A stretch of DNA of 64,000 nucleotides from Candidatus Binatia bacterium. GTDB lineage: Bacteria > Desulfobacterota > Binatia > UBA9968 > JAJDTQ01. Each line of letters starts with the position of its first letter. Positions within the stretch are counted from its first letter, which is position 1. Below, one piece after another: positions 23,001 through 35,600 of the stretch. The notes under the pieces are model-generated. The model did not search any database, was not told where the DNA came from, and was given only the letters and a program-made list of their open reading frames with translations. The position numbers and the translations under genes are program-made. The DNA is taken from NCBI GenBank assembly GCA_963666515.2, contig OY762897.2, positions 3,904,001-3,968,000 on the forward strand. The letters are read 5' to 3'.

Positions 23001-26000
23001 GGCGCTGGTGGAGCGTCACGGGTCGGGATCGATGGAGCTGGGGGTGCTGTCGCGTTGCGGCGGCGCGCTGGCGGAGGTGCTGCGGGGCCGGGTGGAGCCG
23101 TTGGGCTTGCTGTTCGACCAAGCCGGGCCGAGCGCCGCGGACCTGTACCGGGACGCGCCCGCGGGGCGGGGGATCAACCGGTGGCTGTCCGCGGCCGTGG
23201 CGGCGATGGTGTCGGAGTTGCCGGAGGAGCGCCGGTTGCGGGTGCTGGAGGTGGGAGCGGGGACCGGCGGGACCACCGGAGCGGTCCTGGGGGCGCTGTC
23301 CCGGGGCCGGTTCGACTACGCCTACACGGACGTGTCCGCGGGCTTCTTCGCCGGCGCACGGGAGCGTTTCGAGGAGGAGCATCCGGGGATGGAGTATCGG
23401 GTGCTGGACATCGAGCGGGACCCGATGGAGCAGGGTTTCAGGGCGCACGGGTACGACGTGGTGGTGGCGGCGAACGTGCTGCACGCGACGCGGGACATGG
23501 GCGAGACGCTGGCCCATTGCCGGGGGCTCTTGGCGCCGGGCGGGCTGCTGGTGGCGCTGGAGGGGCTGGGAGTTCAGGGCTGGCTGGACCTGACGTTCGG
23601 GATGCTGGAGGGTTGGTGGCGCTATGCGGAGGGCGAGGACCGGTATCGTGAGGACTACCCGCTGATGGGGGCCGGGGAGTGGCGCCGGGCGTTGGCGGAC
23701 ACGGGGTTCGAGGAGGCGGTGGTGCTGGGTGAGGGAGAGGGAGCGCAGCAGGGTGTGATCCTGGCGCGGGGACCGGCGGAGGTGGAGGAGGTCCCGGGGC
23801 TGTGGGTGGTGGCGTTGGACGGCGATGGCGAAGGGATGGAGTTGGCTGCGCGGTTGGCGGAGCGGAATCAGCGAGTGGTGGTGGCGGTGGACGAGGAGGC
23901 CGCGGGTGCGGAGGACGTGGCCGCGCCGGGGGCGGAGGAGGCGCCTGCAAGGGAATCAGCGGTACCGGGTGTGGAGGTGATGCGGCTGGCGGTGATGAGC
24001 CGGCAGGGGTGGCGGGTCCTGATGGAGCGGCTGACCGAGGAGGGGGGATTGCGGGGAGTGGTGCATCTGGCAGCGTTGTCGGGTCACGGCTGCAACGCGG
24101 AAACCGCGGAAGTGGCCGCCGACGTGGAGCGCGGGACCGGGAGCGCGCTGGCGCTGGCGCAGGGGCTGCTGGACGCCGGGGTGGAGCCGGCCGGGGGGCT
24201 GTGGCTGGTGACGCGCGGGGCGCAGGTGGTGGAGGGGGAGCGAGGAGGGGAGTTGGCGGGAGCGGCGCTGTGGGGGCTGGGGAAGACGCTGGTGTTGGAG
24301 GCGGGGCAGTTGAAGCCTCGGCTGGTGGACCTGGACCCGGACGACGGGAGCGGGCTCGGGGGTCTGGTGGAGGAGTTGCTGCACCCGGACCGGGAGACGG
24401 AGGTGGCGTATCGGGGCGGCAGCCGCCGGGTGTTGCGGCTGGTGCGCGGAGCCGGGCGGCCGGCGCTGCCGGAGGGGGAGGACTGGCGGCTGGTCTCGGG
24501 TGAGGACGGTTTGCTGGAGAGCGTGAGGGCAGCGCGGTCGCCGGCGCGGCCGCCGGGGTCCGGGGAGGTGCGGGTGGCGGTGGAAGCCGCGGGACTGAAC
24601 TTTCACGACGTGCTGGTGGCGCTGAGGGTGGTGGACGCGGAGGCATCGCTGGGCGGCGAGTTCTGCGGGCGGGTGCTGGAGGTGGGAGCGGACGTGACCG
24701 GGTTCTCGCCCGGGGACCGCGTGGTGGGGTTTGCGCCGGGGGCGTTCGGGCCGGAGGCGGTGGCCCGGGTGGAGTTGACGGCGCCGGCGCCCGCGGGGAT
24801 GCCGCCGGCCGGGTTGGCGACGGTTCCGGTGGTGTTCGTGACCGCGGCGCTGGCGTTCGAGCTGGCGGCGTTGAGGGCGGAGGAACGGATCCTGGTGCAC
24901 GCGGGCGCGGGCGGAGTGGGGTTGGCGGCGATCCAGTTGGCGCAGGGTCTGGGGGCGGAGGTGTATGCCACCGCCAGCGCGCCGAAGCGGGGCTACCTGG
25001 AGTCCCTGGGGGTGGCTCACGTGTTCGACAGCCGGAGCACGGGGTTCGCGGAGGACGTCCTGGCGGCGACGGGCGGCGACGGCGTGGACGTGGTGCTGAA
25101 CAGCCTGACCGGAGAGGGCTTCATCGAGGCGAGCCTGTCGTGCCTGAAGCAGGGCGGCCGGTTCGTGGAGATCGGCAAGCGAGGGATATGGAGCGTGGAG
25201 GCGATGAGGGCGGCGCGGCCGGACGTGGGCTACCACGTCCTGGCGCTGGATCGCCTGGTGGAGCAGGAGCCGGAGCACGCGGGGCGCGCGTTGCGGGAGG
25301 TGATGGAGCGGGTGGCGGCCGCGGAGCTGCGGCCGTTGCGGCGCAGCGTGTGGGGGTTGGGGGAGGCGTCGGAGGCCATGGAGTACATGAGTTCGGGCCG
25401 TCACGTGGGCAAGGTGGTGCTGCGTCCGCCGCCGTCGGACGGGCTGCGGGAGGACGGCACGTACCTGGTGACGGGAGGACTGGGAGGCATCGGCCTGGAG
25501 CTGGCGGGATGGCTGGCGGACCGTGGAGCGCGGAGCGTGGTCCTGAACGGGCGGCGGGAGCCGGGAGAGGAGGCCAGGGCCGCGGTGGAGGGCTTGCGCG
25601 GGAGGGGGGTGGACGTGCGGGTGGAACTGGCGGACGTGACCGACGGGGCCGCGGTTGCGGCGATGCTGGAACGGATGGAAGGGTCGATGCCGCCGCTGGC
25701 GGGGGTGTTTCACAGCGTGGGGGTGTTGTCGGACGCGCTGGTGACGAACCAGGACTGGGGCCGGTTCGAGCGGGTGCTGTGGCCGAAGGTCCTGGGGGCG
25801 TGGCGCCTGCACCGGGCGACCGAGGGACGGGACCTGGACCTGTTCGTGCTGTTTTCGAGCCTGACCGGAGTCCTGGGGAATGTGGTGCAGGCGAACCATG
25901 CCGCGGCGAATGCGTTCCTGGACCAGTTGGCGCGGCACCGCCGGGCGCTGGGACTGGCGGGACAGTCGATCGCGTGGGGGGCATGGTCGGGGGTGGGAGA

Positions 26001-26655
26001 GGCGGAGGAGGAGCGGGAGCGGATGGCGGAGCGGTTGGCGGCCGTGGGAGTGGGCTGGATGACCGCGCAGCAGGGACTGGCGGCGTTGGACCGGCTGTTG
26101 CGCGCGGGAACGGCCACCAGCGTGGCGGCGCTGGTGGACTGGGGGGTGTACGGAGGGCGCGTGACGGAGGCGCCGCCGTTTCTGGAGGAGCTGTTGGCCG
26201 CGGCCGCGGGCGGCGGCCCGGAGCCGGCACTGGACCTGCTGGACCGGCTGCGGGAGGCGCGCGCCTCCAAGCGCGAGGAGCTGCTGCTGGGATTCGTGCA
26301 GGCGGAGCTGCGGGCGGTTCTGCAGTCGTCATCCCTGCCGGCCCCGGACGTGGGCTTTTTCGATCTCGGCATGGACTCGTTGATGGCGGTGGAGTTCCGC
26401 AACCGCCTGAACCACGGACTGGCGGGGGCCCACGTCCTGTCGAGCACCGCGGTGTTCAATCACGCCAGCCCGCAGGCGCTGGCCCGCCATCTGGCCGGGG
26501 TGCTGGGCGATCCCGGCGACGGCGCCGGAAGCTCCGCCGCCGGGAGCACGGCTTCGCCGGTTCCCGCTCCGGACCCGGAGATGGAGGCGGTGCAGGGTCT
26601 GTCGGAAAGCGATCTTTTCGAAGAGGCGCTGCGTGAGCTCGGAGAGGACGAATGA
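8020..26655 (+). CDS. Trimodular type I PKS (6211 aa): [KS-AT-DH-KR-ACP]-[KS-AT-KR-ACP]-[KS-AT-DH-cMT-ER-KR-ACP] (modules 1-3)
   Basis: Three KS (DTACSSS), three AT (GHSVG; HAFH, HGFH, HGFH), two DH (HRVFG), one MT (LEVGAGTGG ~23245), one ER ([10 protein letters not shown] ~24895), three KR and three GMDSL ACPs (~13700, ~18465, ~26370). GAGG upstream of the ATG; N-terminal docking helix. Confidence 0.97.
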   Translation: MSRLEEYIELSRELLAELNVRQREVAGFRQPIAIVGMACRFPGAPGLEAFWRLLESGADAVTEGRGSAPDGGPRAEVPEAAHWGGFIEDVEMFDADFFRIAPVEARLLDPQQRLLLETSWEALEDAGIDAGRLKGSRTGVYAGIASHDYMDLLAAAGAGDPASLYLASGNAGATAIGRVAFTLGLEGPAVAVDTACSSSLVAVHQAVLGLRNGEADLALAGGVSVMLSPLLTEAFRAGGMLSPDGRCKTFDAAADGYVRGEGCGVVALKRLSDAEAAGDRVWGVIRGSAVNHDGASAGLTVPNGPAQERVIAAALSLAGLEPREVDYLEAHGTGTELGDPIEVHAAAAAYGAGRDPARPLLLGSVKTNIGHLETAAGVAGLIKAVLSMARGVIPPHLHFRKPSPRVDWERLPVRVVSGPEAWPSGEGRPARAGVSSFGFSGTNAHVLVEGYGAVAAAGPRHSGEKPAPYLIRGRNPVAGGAGPAVAVGWPEGASEFRPAEGSGGVAGTRARRLLALSGGTDEALRALAGRYLEWLDGSAGLLSTSDSEDGDADSVVSGLLADVAWTAGTGRSHHARRAGLTFADAGELRARLAALASGGGEVSGAAVEAPSGAAPKVAFLFTGQGSQWAGMGRELYEREPVFRAVLDRCESAVQALRGESLLDVMFGDANRGGLDDTRWTQPALYALESGLAALWRSVGVIPSAVLGHSVGEIVAAHVAGVFSLEDGLRFAARRGELMGSLPAEGSMAAVFAPADWVSRAVAEWKRGSEGTELSVAAYNGGHQVVSGAAAAVDALLERCGREGLRAGRLQVRHAFHSALMEPVLDELEGLLAGVAVSPPAVDWVSNVTGRVVAADEELAGVYWRRQAREPVAFGAGVAALAELGVGVLLEVGPRPVLGAMAALAWPPAATDGADQGTGGPAPAAPVTLSSLGRDAGGAGAASPGGGFVEAVARAYEAGLEVSFEGLFTGEERRRVSLPRYPFQRRRYWADSRRRPFAGGRGHALVGARHESARGETTFETELHATAPEWLSGHRVFGQVVAPAALYGAMASSAASLAAGPGSAGGGVVLEDARIRGPLVLPEGEGDGAEPGRRVQVVVGTAEGSGRRTVAIYSKGDEAAGWALHLEARAAVEAPSAEAGPDPETVRRGLREREAAEFYRALAAAGMDFTGPLRSVRELWCGPGEAVGEVSLAEGLEEPGAAAHPVLLDGCFQVMGAALADGGEDGAYMPFGWERLWVKGTWPERVTCHARLRESGGNGGSAGSGEVMVADLWVYGAEGALLGAVSGLVFKWATRAAFLAAAGASAELLYTPVWRESARVVPAPGPAEAEEAPGLWVVALDEAGEGMALAEALAARNQRVVAVADGQAEGAEDVAAPEVEEAPAGAGSRPAPAPPGASALPGVEVLRSAVVSRQGWRVLLERLTEEAGLRGAVHLGALAGHGNGAGAAEMAEDLKRGTGSALAMVQGLLDAGAEPSGGTWLVTRGGQVVDGETEGELSGAALWGMGKTLAWEAGQLKPRLVDLDPEDPGGFGGLVEELLHPDREGEVAYRGGSRRVLRLARGGGGTESPGRAVEGEKARPDGSSAPFRADGTYLVTGGLGGIGMEVAGWLAAGGARNIVLNGRREPGVEALAAVEELRARGVDVRVELADVADGAAVAAMLERVERGMPPLAGVFHSVGVLADASVMNQDWERFERVLWPKVMGAWHLHRATAERELELFVLFTSVAGVLGNAGQANYAAANAFLDQLARHRRGAGLAGQSIAWGAWSGVGEADEQRDRIGERLAAVGVGWMTAQQGLGALDRVLRGGAPTSVAVLMDWRLYGERVKDAPPLLEELVAAPAGGGPEPGLELLDRLRGVREPEREGVLLEFVQRELQGVLQTPTLPAAGMGFFDLGMDSLMAVELRNRLNRGLGGVAVLSSTVVFDHGSPAALARHLAEQLGVLAGPEMRRAALRGRAAGADEGIAIVGLACRFPGGGGVDGFWRLLESGGDGVREGRKNPPPGAYGGAGGGEPSIRWGGFVEGVELFDAEFFGIASAEAELLDPQQRLLLEASWQALESAAIDARRLRGSRTGVYAGIFTSDYRELVLRDESVSAYMATGTSAATAIGRVAFTLGLEGPVLAVDTACSSSLVAVHQAVVGLQRGDTDLALAGGVNVMLSAAVTESAVKAGMLSPDGRCKTFDASANGYVRGEGCGMVVLKRLRDAEADGDRIWAVIRGSAVNHDGASAGLTVPSGPAQERVIGAALAQAGLSPAEVDYLEAHGTGTELGDPIEVNAAAAAYGAGREADRPLLLGSAKTNVGHMEAAAGVGGLIKVVLSMAHGVIPKSLHFREPNPHVDWEGLPVRVVSEQEEWPVREGTPARAGVSSFGFSGTNAHVVVEGYGDASEQRKGLTGSGRAVPVGRPDGLAEEGPESGVECEARERRLLALSGRTEGAVRELAGRYVEWLDERGPWTDESVEDGDSSGRERLADMAWTAGVGRSHHGHRAGVTFAGVEELQGKLGELAEGRSAPGVAAGSRAARESEEAPKVGFLFTGQGSQWAGMGRGLYEREPVFRGVLDRCDAAVRDLRGESLLEVMFGEEGAEGPLDDTRWTQPGLYALEAGLCELWASVGVRPVAVLGHSVGEIAAAYAAGVWTLEEGVRFAARRGELMGNLPVSGPSAGAMAAVFTTAVGVEDLVAELNGTRRGEDWLSVAAYNGAHQVVSGAAGAVEALLEQCEENGIRAARLRVSHGFHSVLMEPVLEELEGLLEGVGVSAPGVDLVSNVTGRVLGSGELMDGAYWRRHAREPVAFGAGVAALSETGVEVLVELGPGPVLGGMAALAWPQEESEGRKPSGSGPWGPVMVSSLRGKGADGGAGTSDGGFVDAVAVAYAAGLEVGFAGLFVGEERRRVSLPGYPFQRQPYWMDGLERGPRAGAAGDALLSAAARGKDLLYEVKWRDVAVEGAAASATGRLLVVDGSGGESPLADGLAGALEGCGVSVTRAPDREPAGLLAMVAPGDGDGNGAAAEGPAGASDALAGIVLAAPSWQWHPDSLTEPLEWLLELVQGLAASAVSLPLGVCVVTQSGVAASPGEAVDPVAASLWGFGRSMQVEQPGLGLRLVDLEPAAGDGVSGERPPEGSAELAAALVGACGENQLAARGGGLLAPRLERMGDERAGPAAGTAVVSGEGSYLVTGGLGYLGLELAEWLAREGARHVVLVSRRAPDEETRARLDGLERETGCRLLTERVDVGDGAQAAALLGRFAAPAEGAAADAEWPRLLGVFHAAGVVDEEAAVTEQTAARLAGVMRGKALGAWHLHLGTAERGLELFVLYSSVSSVWALPRQSGYAAANAFLDGLAALRRSRGLAATSVCWGPWGGGGMGREAEVESWMTRQGLGLLSAGTAHAGLEELLRRDRAAGVVLDADWARVGAVLGEETPPLLSALVLEAEGPEARESGLPEDLRGARPSERESLVLEFVQGELQGVLGLPAPPEPEVGFFDLGMDSLMAVEFRSRVNRRLSGAHVLSSTAAFDYPTPAALARHLAEALGVVEAAEAPAHRVPMPRGDEGIAVVGIACRFPGGAGAEGFWRLLESGGDAVTEGRGSPLQGLGTAAVPDDGRCIGPGGFIEGVDLFDAEFFRIAPVEARLLDPQQRLLLETSWEALENAGMDAGGLRGSRTGVYAGISSHDYVDVMAAAGAWDEATLYLASGNSGATAIGRVAFTLGFEGPAVAVDTACSSSLVAVHQAVSGLQRREADLALAAGVNVLLSPVPSEALRSGGALSPDGRCKTFDASADGYGRSEGCGVVVLKRLAEAEADGDRIWGVIRGAAVNHDGASAGLTVPNGPAQERVIGEALARAGWAPGEVDYLETHGTGTELGDPIEVGAAAAAYGPGRDAGRPLLLGSAKTNVGHLEAAAGVAGLIKVLLSMAHGVIPKHLHFREPTPHVDWQRLPVRVVSESEGWPPAGGRPARAGISSFGFSGTNAHVLVEEHGAVAAASTRHSGEKPAPYLIRGRNPVAGGAGPAVAVGWPEGASEFRPADGSAGGAGVRERRLLALSGRTDAALRELAGRYVDWLEEQAPSPESGGADTGLSENEWLADVAWTAGVGRSHHRHRAGVTFAAAAELREKLAALAAGGEAAGAALGSVAAAESGDGPKVGFLFTGQGSQWVGMGRELYEREPVFRAVLDRCEAVVRELRGESLLAVTFGDRGNAGSLDDTRWTQPALYALEAGLCALWASVGVRPWAVLGHSVGEIAAAHAAGVFSLEAGIRFAAQRGELMGSLPATGPEAGAMAAVFAPAGYVEELVRGLNGAGLGVAAYNGAHQVVSGLVGAVDELLERCGSAGVRAERLRVSHGFHSELMEPVLDELAGRLAGVELAAPRVAFVSNVTGEALAEGAALDGTYWRRQAREPVAFAAGVRALAGLGVDVLVEVGPRPVLGTMAALAWPDEDEEEGGAAGMSSGPGPARPVLLSSLDRRSRGGDGDGPGPPEGGFVEAVARAYASGLTVSFEGLFAGEERRRASLPGYPFQRQRYWADAPRRRRRIEGADHPLLGARRESASGETTFETVLYAAEPEWLAEHRVFGRVAAPGAMYGVMALSAASPSAGPSHAKGAGAAVEDVQIHAPLVLPEGDDGGEGPGRTVQVVVSAADGSRRRSVKIYSRGEDEGEWTLHAEARTGGGGAVREARAGSDLEALKETLSEQDPAAFYRVFAAAGVEFGGSFRTVRRLWRAPGEAVGEVALAEGRGLEEAGAAVHPVLLDGCFQVVGAAIREAEEARTGADEDGVTYLPFGWERLWVGGTLPDRATCHARLRQPSGAEAGGRDAPGEVLAADLWLYGEDATLLGAVAGLVLKRATPAAFLSGAGRTDDLLYAPVWREAGSAGALRPADFLLSPEAAASGAGSLEDHLAAEGLSVRAVSALLADLERLSRGYAVAALDRLGWRRERGAEVAQEELRRRLNVVAEQANLFGRVLALAAGGGVLERASGAGGPSWRVLPGAGEGLPDGELPDPAALAAALVERHGSGSMELGVLSRCGGALAEVLRGRVEPLGLLFDQAGPSAADLYRDAPAGRGINRWLSAAVAAMVSELPEERRLRVLEVGAGTGGTTGAVLGALSRGRFDYAYTDVSAGFFAGARERFEEEHPGMEYRVLDIERDPMEQGFRAHGYDVVVAANVLHATRDMGETLAHCRGLLAPGGLLVALEGLGVQGWLDLTFGMLEGWWRYAEGEDRYREDYPLMGAGEWRRALADTGFEEAVVLGEGEGAQQGVILARGPAEVEEVPGLWVVALDGDGEGMELAARLAERNQRVVVAVDEEAAGAEDVAAPGAEEAPARESAVPGVEVMRLAVMSRQGWRVLMERLTEEGGLRGVVHLAALSGHGCNAETAEVAADVERGTGSALALAQGLLDAGVEPAGGLWLVTRGAQVVEGERGGELAGAALWGLGKTLVLEAGQLKPRLVDLDPDDGSGLGGLVEELLHPDRETEVAYRGGSRRVLRLVRGAGRPALPEGEDWRLVSGEDGLLESVRAARSPARPPGSGEVRVAVEAAGLNFHDVLVALRVVDAEASLGGEFCGRVLEVGADVTGFSPGDRVVGFAPGAFGPEAVARVELTAPAPAGMPPAGLATVPVVFVTAALAFELAALRAEERILVHAGAGGVGLAAIQLAQGLGAEVYATASAPKRGYLESLGVAHVFDSRSTGFAEDVLAATGGDGVDVVLNSLTGEGFIEASLSCLKQGGRFVEIGKRGIWSVEAMRAARPDVGYHVLALDRLVEQEPEHAGRALREVMERVAAAELRPLRRSVWGLGEASEAMEYMSSGRHVGKVVLRPPPSDGLREDGTYLVTGGLGGIGLELAGWLADRGARSVVLNGRREPGEEARAAVEGLRGRGVDVRVELADVTDGAAVAAMLERMEGSMPPLAGVFHSVGVLSDALVTNQDWGRFERVLWPKVLGAWRLHRATEGRDLDLFVLFSSLTGVLGNVVQANHAAANAFLDQLARHRRALGLAGQSIAWGAWSGVGEAEEERERMAERLAAVGVGWMTAQQGLAALDRLLRAGTATSVAALVDWGVYGGRVTEAPPFLEELLAAAAGGGPEPALDLLDRLREARASKREELLLGFVQAELRAVLQSSSLPAPDVGFFDLGMDSLMAVEFRNRLNHGLAGAHVLSSTAVFNHASPQALARHLAGVLGDPGDGAGSSAAGSTASPVPAPDPEMEAVQGLSESDLFEEALRELGEDE
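9397..9448. repeat. CGTC-tagged REP-like palindrome, long nested form, KS-AT linker of module 1
   Basis: CGTCATTCCGGCGAAA-AGCCTGCCCCGTACTTGATACGGG-GCCGGAATCCAG; inner hairpin GCCCCGTA-CTTGA-TACGGGGC; encodes [17 protein letters not shown]. Confidence 0.8.
19954..20005. repeat. CGTC-tagged REP-like palindrome, long nested form, KS-AT linker of module 3
   Basis: Identical to the 9397-9448 copy. Confidence 0.8.
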
Positions 26656-29600
26656 ACAAGTACGTCGAGCTTTCCCGGAAACTGCTCGGTGAGCTGAAGG
26701 TCCGCAAGCGCAGGATCTCGGAGTTCACGCAGCCCGTCGCGGTGGTGGGGCTGGCGTGCCGCTTTCCGGGCGGGGACGGCCTGGAAGGATTCTGGAGATT
26801 GCTGGAGTCGGGCGGGGACGCGGTGACGGAGGCTCGCGGCAAGCCCATCGGCGGTGGGATGGCGGTGTACGGGGAGACGAGGGGAGAAGGGTCGCCGGCT
26901 CACTGGGGCGGGTTCGTGGAGGGCGTGGACCTGTTCGACGCGGAGTTCTTTCGGATCGCGCCGGTGGAGGCGCGGTTGCTGGACCCGCAGCAGCGGCTGC
27001 TGCTGGAGACGAGTTGGCAGGCGCTGGAGTCCGCGGCGATCGACCCCGGAGGCTTGAAGGGGAGCCGGACCGGCGTCTACGCGGGCATCGCGTCGCACGA
27101 CTACGCGGACCTGATGGTGGCCTCGGGAGAGACGGATTCCGGGAGCGTCTACATCGCCACGGGGAACACCGGGAGCACGGCCATCGGCCGGGTGGCGTTC
27201 GCGCTGGGGCTGGAGGGGCCGGCGGTGGCGGTGGATACGGCCTGCTCGTCGTCGCTGGTGGCCGTGCACCAGGCGGTTTCGGGGTTGCAGCGCGGAGAGG
27301 CGGACCTGGCGCTGGCCGGCGGGGTCAACGTGCTGCTGTCGCCGTTGGTGACCGAGACGTTTCGGAACGGCGGCATGCTGTCGCCGGACGGGCGCTGCAA
27401 GACGTTCGACGCCTCCGCGGACGGGTTCGTGCGCGGGGAAGGATGCGGGGTGGTGGTGCTGAAGCGGCTGGCCGACGCGGAGGCGGCGGGGGACCGGATC
27501 TGGGGAGTGGTCCGCGGCTCCGCGGTGAACCACGACGGCGCCAGCGCGGGACTGACGGTCCCGAACGGACTGGCGCAGGAGCGCGTGATCGGGGACGCGC
27601 TGAAACAGGCGGGGGTGGAGCCCTCGGAGGTGGACTACCTGGAGGCCCACGGGACCGGGACGGAGCTGGGGGACCCCATCGAGGTGGATGCCGCGGCCGC
27701 TGTGTACGGCGCCGGGCGGGACCCGGCGCAACCGCTGCTGCTGGGGTCGGTGAAGACCAACATCGGACACCTGGAGACCGCCGCGGGCGTGGCGGGGCTG
27801 ATCAAGGTGCTGCTGTCGATGAATCACGGGGTGATACCCCGGCACCTGCACTTCCGGCAGCCGAACCCGCACGTGGACTGGGACCGGCTGCCGGTGCGGG
27901 TGGTTTCGGAGCCGGAAGCATGGCCTCGTCACGAAGGGCGTCCGGCCCGGGCCGGGGTCAGCTCGTTCGGATTCTCGGGGACCAACGCGCACGTGGTGGT
28001 GGAGGGGTACGGCGCCGTTGCAGCGGCCGGCCCCCGTCACTCCGGCGAAGAGCCTGTTCCGTACTTGGTACGGGGCGAGAATACGGCAGAGGAGAGCGGC
28101 GGCGCCGGCCCCCGTCATTCCGGCGAAAGCCGGAATCCAGTGGCGGGGGGCGCGGGGCCGGCGGTAGCGGTGGGGTGGCCGGAAGGCGCATCGGAGTTTC
28201 GTCCTGCCAAGGGGAGCGGCGGTGTAACGGGAGCGCGGGAGCGGCGGCTGCTGGCGTTGTCGGGGCGGACGGAGGAGGCGTTGCATGCACTGGCGGGGCG
28301 CTACGTGGAGTGGCTGGAGGAGCGCGCGGAGTTGCTGACGCCGGTGGAAGGCGGAGGTGAGGGGCTGTCGGGGCGGGAGTTGCTGGCGGACATGGCCTGG
28401 ACCGCGGGAGTGGGGCGGAGCCATCTCGGTCATCGTGCGGGGTTGACGTTCGGCGAGGTTGGAGAGTTGCGGGAGAAACTGGCGCTGTTGGCGGGGGGGA
28501 GCGTGGAGGTTTCGAGGGTTCGAGGGAGGGGCGGCGCACCGAAGGTGGGATTCCTGTTCACGGGCCAGGGGAGCCAGTGGGCGGGGATGGGTCGGGATCT
28601 GTACGAGGGGGAGCCGGTGTTCCGGGCGGTGCTGGACCGATGCGAGGAGGAGGTGAAGCGGCTTCGGGGCGAGTCTCTGCTGGAAGTGATGTTCGAGGCG
28701 GGCCAAGGGCCGGAACTGGACCACACGCGGTGGACGCAGCCCGCTCTGTACGCCCTGGAGGCGGGGTTGGCGGCGTTGTGGAGGAGCGCGGGTGTGAGGC
28801 CGGCGGCGGTGCTGGGACACAGCGTGGGGGAGATAGCCGCGGCGTATGCGGCGGGGGTGTTGACGCTGGAGGAGGGGATGCGGTTGGCGGCGCGGCGGGG
28901 GGAGTTGATGGGGTCCTTGCCGGTGGACGGACCGCGTGCGGGCTCGATGGCCGCGGTGTTCGGATCGGCGGGACGGGTGGAGGAACTGGTGGCGGAGGTG
29001 AACGAGGCGGTGCGCGGCGGGATTCCCGGGACCGAGGGCGATCCGCCCTTTGCGGGGGAGGCGCTGAGCGTGGCCGGGTACAACGGCGGGCACGTGGTGG
29101 TGAGCGGGTTGACGGGGGCAGTGGAGGAACTGGTGGAGCGGTCCAGGGTCGCGGGACTGCGGGCGGAGCGTCTGAGAGTGAGCCACGGCTTCCACAGCGG
29201 ACTGATGGAGCCGGTCCTGGACGAGTTGGCGGGCTTGCTGGAGGGAGTGGAGGCAAGGGCGCCCGAGGTGGAGCTGGTGAGCAACGTGACGGGTGCGGTG
29301 CTGGGGTCCGGGGAGCGGATGGACGGGTCGTACTGGCGGCGGCAGGCGCGGGAGCCGGTGGCGTTCAGCGCCGGGGTGGCGGCGCTGGCGGGTTTGGGGG
29401 TGGAGGTGCTGGTGGAGTTGGGTCCGGGGCCGGTGCTGGGGCGCATGGCGGCGCTGGCATGGCCGGCGGAGGGACGTGGGCAAGGGGACGAAGCGTCATC
29501 AGGGCCGGGGTCTCGTTCGCCGGTGGTGGTGACGAGCCTGAGCGGGAGGATGGCCGGGGGCGGTACGGCCGGACGGGACGCAGGGTTTCCGGAGGCGGTG

Positions 29601-32600
29601 GCGGAAGTCTATTCGGCGGGCGTGGATTTGAGCTTCGCGGGTCTGTTCGCCGGAGAGGAGCGGCGGCGGGTGTCGTTGCCGGGGTATCCGTTTCAGCGGC
29701 AGCGTTACTGGGCGGAACCGCCCAGGCGCCGCCGCCGTGTCGGGGAAGCGAACCACCCGCTCCTGGGGGAACGGCGGGATTCGGCCGGCGGCGAGACGAC
29801 GTTCGAGACGGAGCTGTACGCGTCGGAGCCGGAGTGGCTGCGGGATCACCGGGTGTTCGGGCAGGTGGCGGCGCCGGGGGCGATCTACGGAGCGATGGCG
29901 CTGAGCGCCGCGGCGCTGGCCGGCGGGACGCGGCCCGTGGCGGGCGGGGTGGCGGTAGAGGACATGGAGATGCACGCGCCATTGCTGCTGCCGGGAGGGA
30001 ACGGCAAGGGCGGCGAGCCGGGGCGCGCGGTGCAGGTGGTGGTGAGCGCGGCCGGGGAGTCGGGACGGCGTGAGGTGAAAATTTACAGCAAGGGGGACGA
30101 GGAGGAGAAGTGGACGCTGCACGCGGCGGCGCAGACCGCTGGCGCGGTTGAAGAAGCCATGGCGGGTGAGGCGGTGGACGTGGAGGGACTGAAGGAGGAG
30201 CTTGGGGCGGATGAGGCGGCGGAGTTCTATCGCGCGGTTGGGAAGATGGGTGTGGAGTTGGGGCCATCGTTTCGGACGGTGACGGGATTGTGGACGGGAC
30301 CGGGGGAGGCGGTGGGCGAAGTGAGGTTGAGGGAGGGATTGGCGAACGGAGAGACCGGCCTGCATCCGGTTCTGCTGGACGGGTGTTTCCAGGTGCTGGG
30401 AGCGGCGTTGTCGGCGGGCGCCATGGGAGCGGATGAGGAAGGGGAAGAAGGGGATACGGGGGAACAGGAAGCGGTGTACCTGCCGTTCGGGTGGGAGCGG
30501 CTGTGGATACGGGGCGATTTGAAGGAGGGGGTGACGTGCCGTGCGCGGGTGCGCGGGGGCGGGGAGAAGGGAGAAGCGGGGGAAGTGGCGACCGCGGACC
30601 TGTGGTTGTACGGGGAAAGCGGAGAGATGGTGGGGGAGGTCCGGGGACTGGCGCTGAAACGGGCGAGCCGGGGCGCGTTCCTGTCAGTGGGGGTGCGGAC
30701 GGAGGAGTTGCTGTACGTGCCGGAGTGGCGGGAAGCGCCGTATGAAGGCGAGGTGAAGGGTGCGTCGTTCCTGAAGCCGCCGGAGGAAGCGGTTCGTGGT
30801 GGGGGGAGCGTGTCGGAGCACCTGGAGGGGGCAGGGGTGACGGTGGCGGGTGTGAGGGAGTTGCAGGGAGAGTTGGAGCGTGTGGCGCGCGGGTATGCGG
30901 CGCGGGCGCTGGAGGAGTTGGGGTGGCGGCGAGAGGCAGGGGAGGAGGTTTCGGAGGATGAGTTGCGGGAGCGGCTCGGTGTGGTGAAGGATCAGGAGCA
31001 CCTGTTCGGGCGTGTGCTGTGGCTGGCGGCGGAAGCGGGGCTGCTGGAGCGGGTGGAAGGAGAGCGAGGACGGTGGCGGGTTCCGGCAGGATCGTCCGGG
31101 GAGATGGGAGAGGAGGGCTTGCGGGACCCCGGGGGTCTGGCGTCGCGGTTGGTGGAGCGTCACGGGAGAGTGGTGGAGGTGGAGGCGGGGCTGTTGAGCC
31201 GTTGCGGGGGTTCTCTTGCGGAGGTGCTGCAAGGACGGACGGAGCCGCTGGGCCTGCTGTTCGCAGAGGGAGATTCGGGAGCCGCGGAGCTGTATGGGGA
31301 AGCGCCGGTGTCGCGCGCGATGAGCGACCTGTTGGCGGGTGTGCTGGGGAGCGCGGTGAGCGGGCTGCCGGAGGGGCGTGTGCTGCGAGTTCTGGAGGTG
31401 GGAGCGGGCACGGGCGGGACGACGCGGGCGGTGCTGGAGCGTCTTCCTGCGGGGGAGTTCGAGTACGAGTACACGGACGTGAGCGCGTGGTTTTTTGCGG
31501 GTGCGCGGGAGCGGTTCGAGGAGTGGGGGGAGGCGATGGAATACCGGGTTCTGGACCTGGAAGGGGAGCCTGGGGAGCAGGGATTCGAGGAGCACGGGTA
31601 CGACGTGGTGTTGGCGGGGAACGTTCTGCATGCGACGCGTGACATCGTGGCGACGCTGAGGCGTTGTCAGTGGCTGTTGGCGCCTGGGGGGTTGTTGGTG
31701 GCGCAAGAGGGTTTGCGGCGTCAGGGTTTGTGGGACCTGACGTTCGGGATGCTGGCGGGGTGGTGGCGGTTCGTGGAGGGAGGGGACGGCTACCGTGAGG
31801 AGAGTCCGTTGATGGGCGGGGATGAGTGGCGCGGGGCGTTGAGGGAGGCGGGATACGAGGATGTGGCTGTGGTGGGAGAGGCAGAGGGACTGGACTACGG
31901 AGTGATCGTGGCGCGGAGTCCTGAGGAGGCGGCGGAGACGGGCGGGGTATGGGTGTTGTCGTCGGATGCGGGAGTGGAGGGGTTGGAGTTGGCGAAGGAG
32001 TTGTCGGAGAGGAAGCAGCGTGTGCTGCTGGCGGTGGATGAGAAGTGGGGACAGGAGGGAGAGGCGGACGCGGCGGGGGTGGAGGTGTTCAGGCTGGAGC
32101 AGCGGAGCCGGGAGAGCTGGCGCAGTTTGCTGGAAGGAGTTGTCGGGGAAGGCGGCGGTGTGCGCGGGGTGGTGCACGTGGGGGGAATGAGCGGACAAGG
32201 GGAGGGAGCGGGTAGTGAGGAGATGGCGGCGGACGTGCGGGAGTCGTTGGGGAGCGGCCTTGCGCTGGTGCAGGGGCTGCTGGACGCGGGAGTGGAGCCG
32301 GGGGACGGGTTGTGGCTGGTGACGCGCGGCGGGCAGGTGTTGGGGGGAGAGGGAGGTGGAGAGTTGATCGGGTCGGTGATGTGGGGATTCGGGCGGACGT
32401 TGTGGTGGGAGGCGGGTCAGTTGAGGGCGCGGCTGGTGGACCTGGACCCTGCGGAGCCGGGGAGCGGGTTCGGGGTGCTGGCGGATGAGCTTTTGAACCC
32501 GGACCGGGAGCGGGAGATCGCGTACCGGGGCGGGGTGAGGCAGGTGCTGCGGCTGGCGCGTGTCGGCAGGGCGGGGAAGGCCGCGGGCGAGGGCGGGTTG

Positions 32601-35600
32601 TTGCGGGGAGACGGGACGTACCTGGTGACCGGGGGCATGGGAGGCATCGGGCTGGAGGTGGCGGGCTGGCTGGCGGACCACGGGGCGCGGAGCATGGTGT
32701 TGAACGGCCGGCGTGAGCCGGAGGGGGCGGCGATGGTGGCGGTGGAAGCATTGCGGGAGCGGGGAGTGGATGTGCGAGTGGAGTTGGCGGACGTGGCGGA
32801 CGGGGATGCGGTGGCGGCGATGGTGGAACGGATGGACCGCGAGTTGCCGCCACTGGCGGGGGTGTTCCACAGCGTGGGTGTGTTGGCGGACGGGGCGTTG
32901 GGGAATCAGGACTGGGGTCGGTTCGAGCGTGTGCTGTGGCCGAAGGTGTTGGGGGCATGGCATCTGCACCGTGCGACGGAAGCGCGGGAGTTGGACCTGT
33001 TCGTGCTGTTTTCGAGCGTGACGGGGGTGTTGGGGAACGCGGGACAGGCGAACCATGCGGCGGCGAATGCGTTTTTGGACCAGTTGGCGCGGCATCGGCG
33101 GGCCTTGGGTCTGGCGGGGCAGTCGATCGCGTGGGGGGCATGGTCGGGGGTGGGCGAGGCGGAGGAGCAGCGGGAGCGGATCGGGGAGCGGCTGGCGGCC
33201 TCGGGAGCCGGCTGGATGACGCCGCGGCAGGGACTGGGGGTGTTGGAGCGGGTGGTTCGTGGGGGCGAGGCGACGAGCGTGGCGACGATGATGGACTGGG
33301 AGTCGTATGGGGCGGGGCCGCGGGACGTGCCGCCGTTGCTGGAGGAGTTGGTGACGGTGTCGGGCGTGGGAGAGGGGGCGAGCCGTGCGGGAGAGTTGCT
33401 GGATCGGGTGAGGGAGGCGGCGGCGTCGGAGCGGGAGGGTTTGTTGCTGGAGTTCGTTCAGGGGGAGTTGCAGGAGGTGTTGCAGACGAGGTCGTTGCCG
33501 GCGGCGGGTGTGGGTTTTTTCGATTTGGGGATGGACTCGTTGATGGCGGTGGATTTTCGGAACCGGTTGAACCGGGGATTGGGAGGGGCGGTGGTGTTGT
33601 CGAGCACGGTGGTTTTCGACCACGGGAGCGCGGCGGCGTTGGCTCGGCACTTGGCGGAGGAGTTGGGGGTTCGCGAGGTTTCGGAGGGGGTGTTGCGTCG
33701 GCGGCGTGTGGTGGGCGGCGGGGAGGATGGGATTGCGGTGGTGGGTATGGCGTGCCGTTTCCCCGGAGGCGGAGGCGTGGACGGGTTCTGGCGGCTGCTG
33801 GATTCCGGCGGAGATGCCGTCACGAACGGACGGGTGAACCCGCCGGGCGGGCCTTACGGGGTGGTGGCGTCGGGAGACGGACCGTCGATTCGCTGGGGCG
33901 GTTTCATCGAGGACGTGGAGCTGTTCGATGCGGAGTTTTTCCGGATCGCGCCGGTGGAGGCGCGGTTGCTGGACCCGCAGCAGCGGTTGCTGCTGGAGAC
34001 GAGTTGGGAGGCGCTGGAATCGGCGGGGATCGACGCGGGGCGTCTCAGGGGAAGCCCGACCGGGGTGTACGCGGGGATCTCCAACAACGACTACGCGGAG
34101 GTGGTGACGCGGGAAGATGCCGTAAGCCCGTACATGGTCACGGGCAACAGCGGCGCCACGGCCATCGGCCGGGTGGCGTTCACGCTGGGGCTGGAGGGAC
34201 CGGCCGTGGCGGTGGACACGGTGTGCTCGTCGGCCCTGGTGGCGGTGCACCAGGCGGTGCTGGGTTTGCAGCGTGGAGATGCGGATCTGGCGCTGGCGGG
34301 CGGGGTGAACGTGCTCTTGTCGGCGACCGTGACCGAATCGGTTGTGAGGGCGGGGATGCTGTCGCCGGACGGGCGCTGCAAGACGTTCGACGCGTCGGCG
34401 GACGGGTTCGTGCGGGGCGAGGGGTGCGGGATGGTGGTGCTGAAGCGGCTGCGGGACGCGGAGGCGGACGGGGACCGGATCTGGGGCGTGATCCGGGGTT
34501 CGGCCATAAACCACGACGGCGCGAGCGCCGGCCTGACGGTGCCGAACGGGTCGGCGCAGGAGCGTGTGATCCGGGAAGCGCTGAGACGGGCGGGGCTGGA
34601 GTCCTGGGAGGTGGATTACCTGGAGGCGCACGGCACCGGGACGGAGTTGGGGGACCCGATCGAAATTCATGCGGCTGCGGCGGTGTACGGGGCGGGGCGG
34701 GATGGGGCGCAGCCGTTGCGGGTGGGGTCGGTGAAGACGAACGTGGGGCACCTGGAGGCGGCTGCGGGGGTGGCGGGTTTGATGAAGGTGCTGCTGTCCA
34801 TGAATCATGGGGTGATCCCGAAGCACCTGCACTTCCGGGAGCCGAACCCCCACGTGGACTGGGAGCGGCTGCCGTTGCGGGTGGCGTCGGAGCCGGAGGT
34901 CTGGCCGCGGAGGGAGGGGCGTCCGGCGCGCGCTGCGGTGAGTTCGTTCGGGGTATCGGGGACCAACGCTCACGTGGTGGTGGAGGGATACGGCGACGCC
35001 GCGGGGCCGGAGGAGGACAGGTTGCCGGGAGGGCCGGCGGTAGCGGTGGGGTGGCCGGAAGGAGCATCGGAGTATCGGCCGGCGGAGGGAGCCGGCGGTG
35101 TGACGGGGGCGCGGGAGCGGCGGCTGCTGCCGTTGTCCGGGCACACGGAAAAGGCTTTGCGCGCCCTGGCGGCGCGCTATGCGGAGTGGCTGGAGGAACG
35201 TGCCGGGCTGTCGTCGTCGGCCGACACCGATGGCGGCGATTCGGGTCCGGCCGGCGCGGATCCGTTGGCGGACGTGGCGTGGACCGCAGCGGTCGGGCGG
35301 AGCCATCACGGTCGCCGCGCTGCGGTAACGTTCGGTGGGGCGGAGGAGTTGCGCGAGAAGCTCGCCGGGCTTGCGGCCGGCGGATCGGCGTCCGAAGCGG
35401 CGGTGGGGGCGAGGGCCGTGGGGGAGAGCGGCGAGGTGAGGAAGGTGGCGTTCCTGTTCACCGGGCAGGGGAGCCAGTGGGCGGGCATGGGCCGCGAGCT
35501 CTACCGGCGGGAGCCGGTTTTCTGCGCGGTGCTGGACCGTTGCGAAGAGGCGTTTCGAGGGCTGCGTGGCGAGTCTTTGCTGGCGGTGATGTTCGGGGAA

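Noticed and set aside
1477-28140. Palindromic repeats considered as a CRISPR array or terminators
   Set aside because: Copies are 8-10 kb apart, in frame in coding sequence, with no spacers, cas genes or U tracts.
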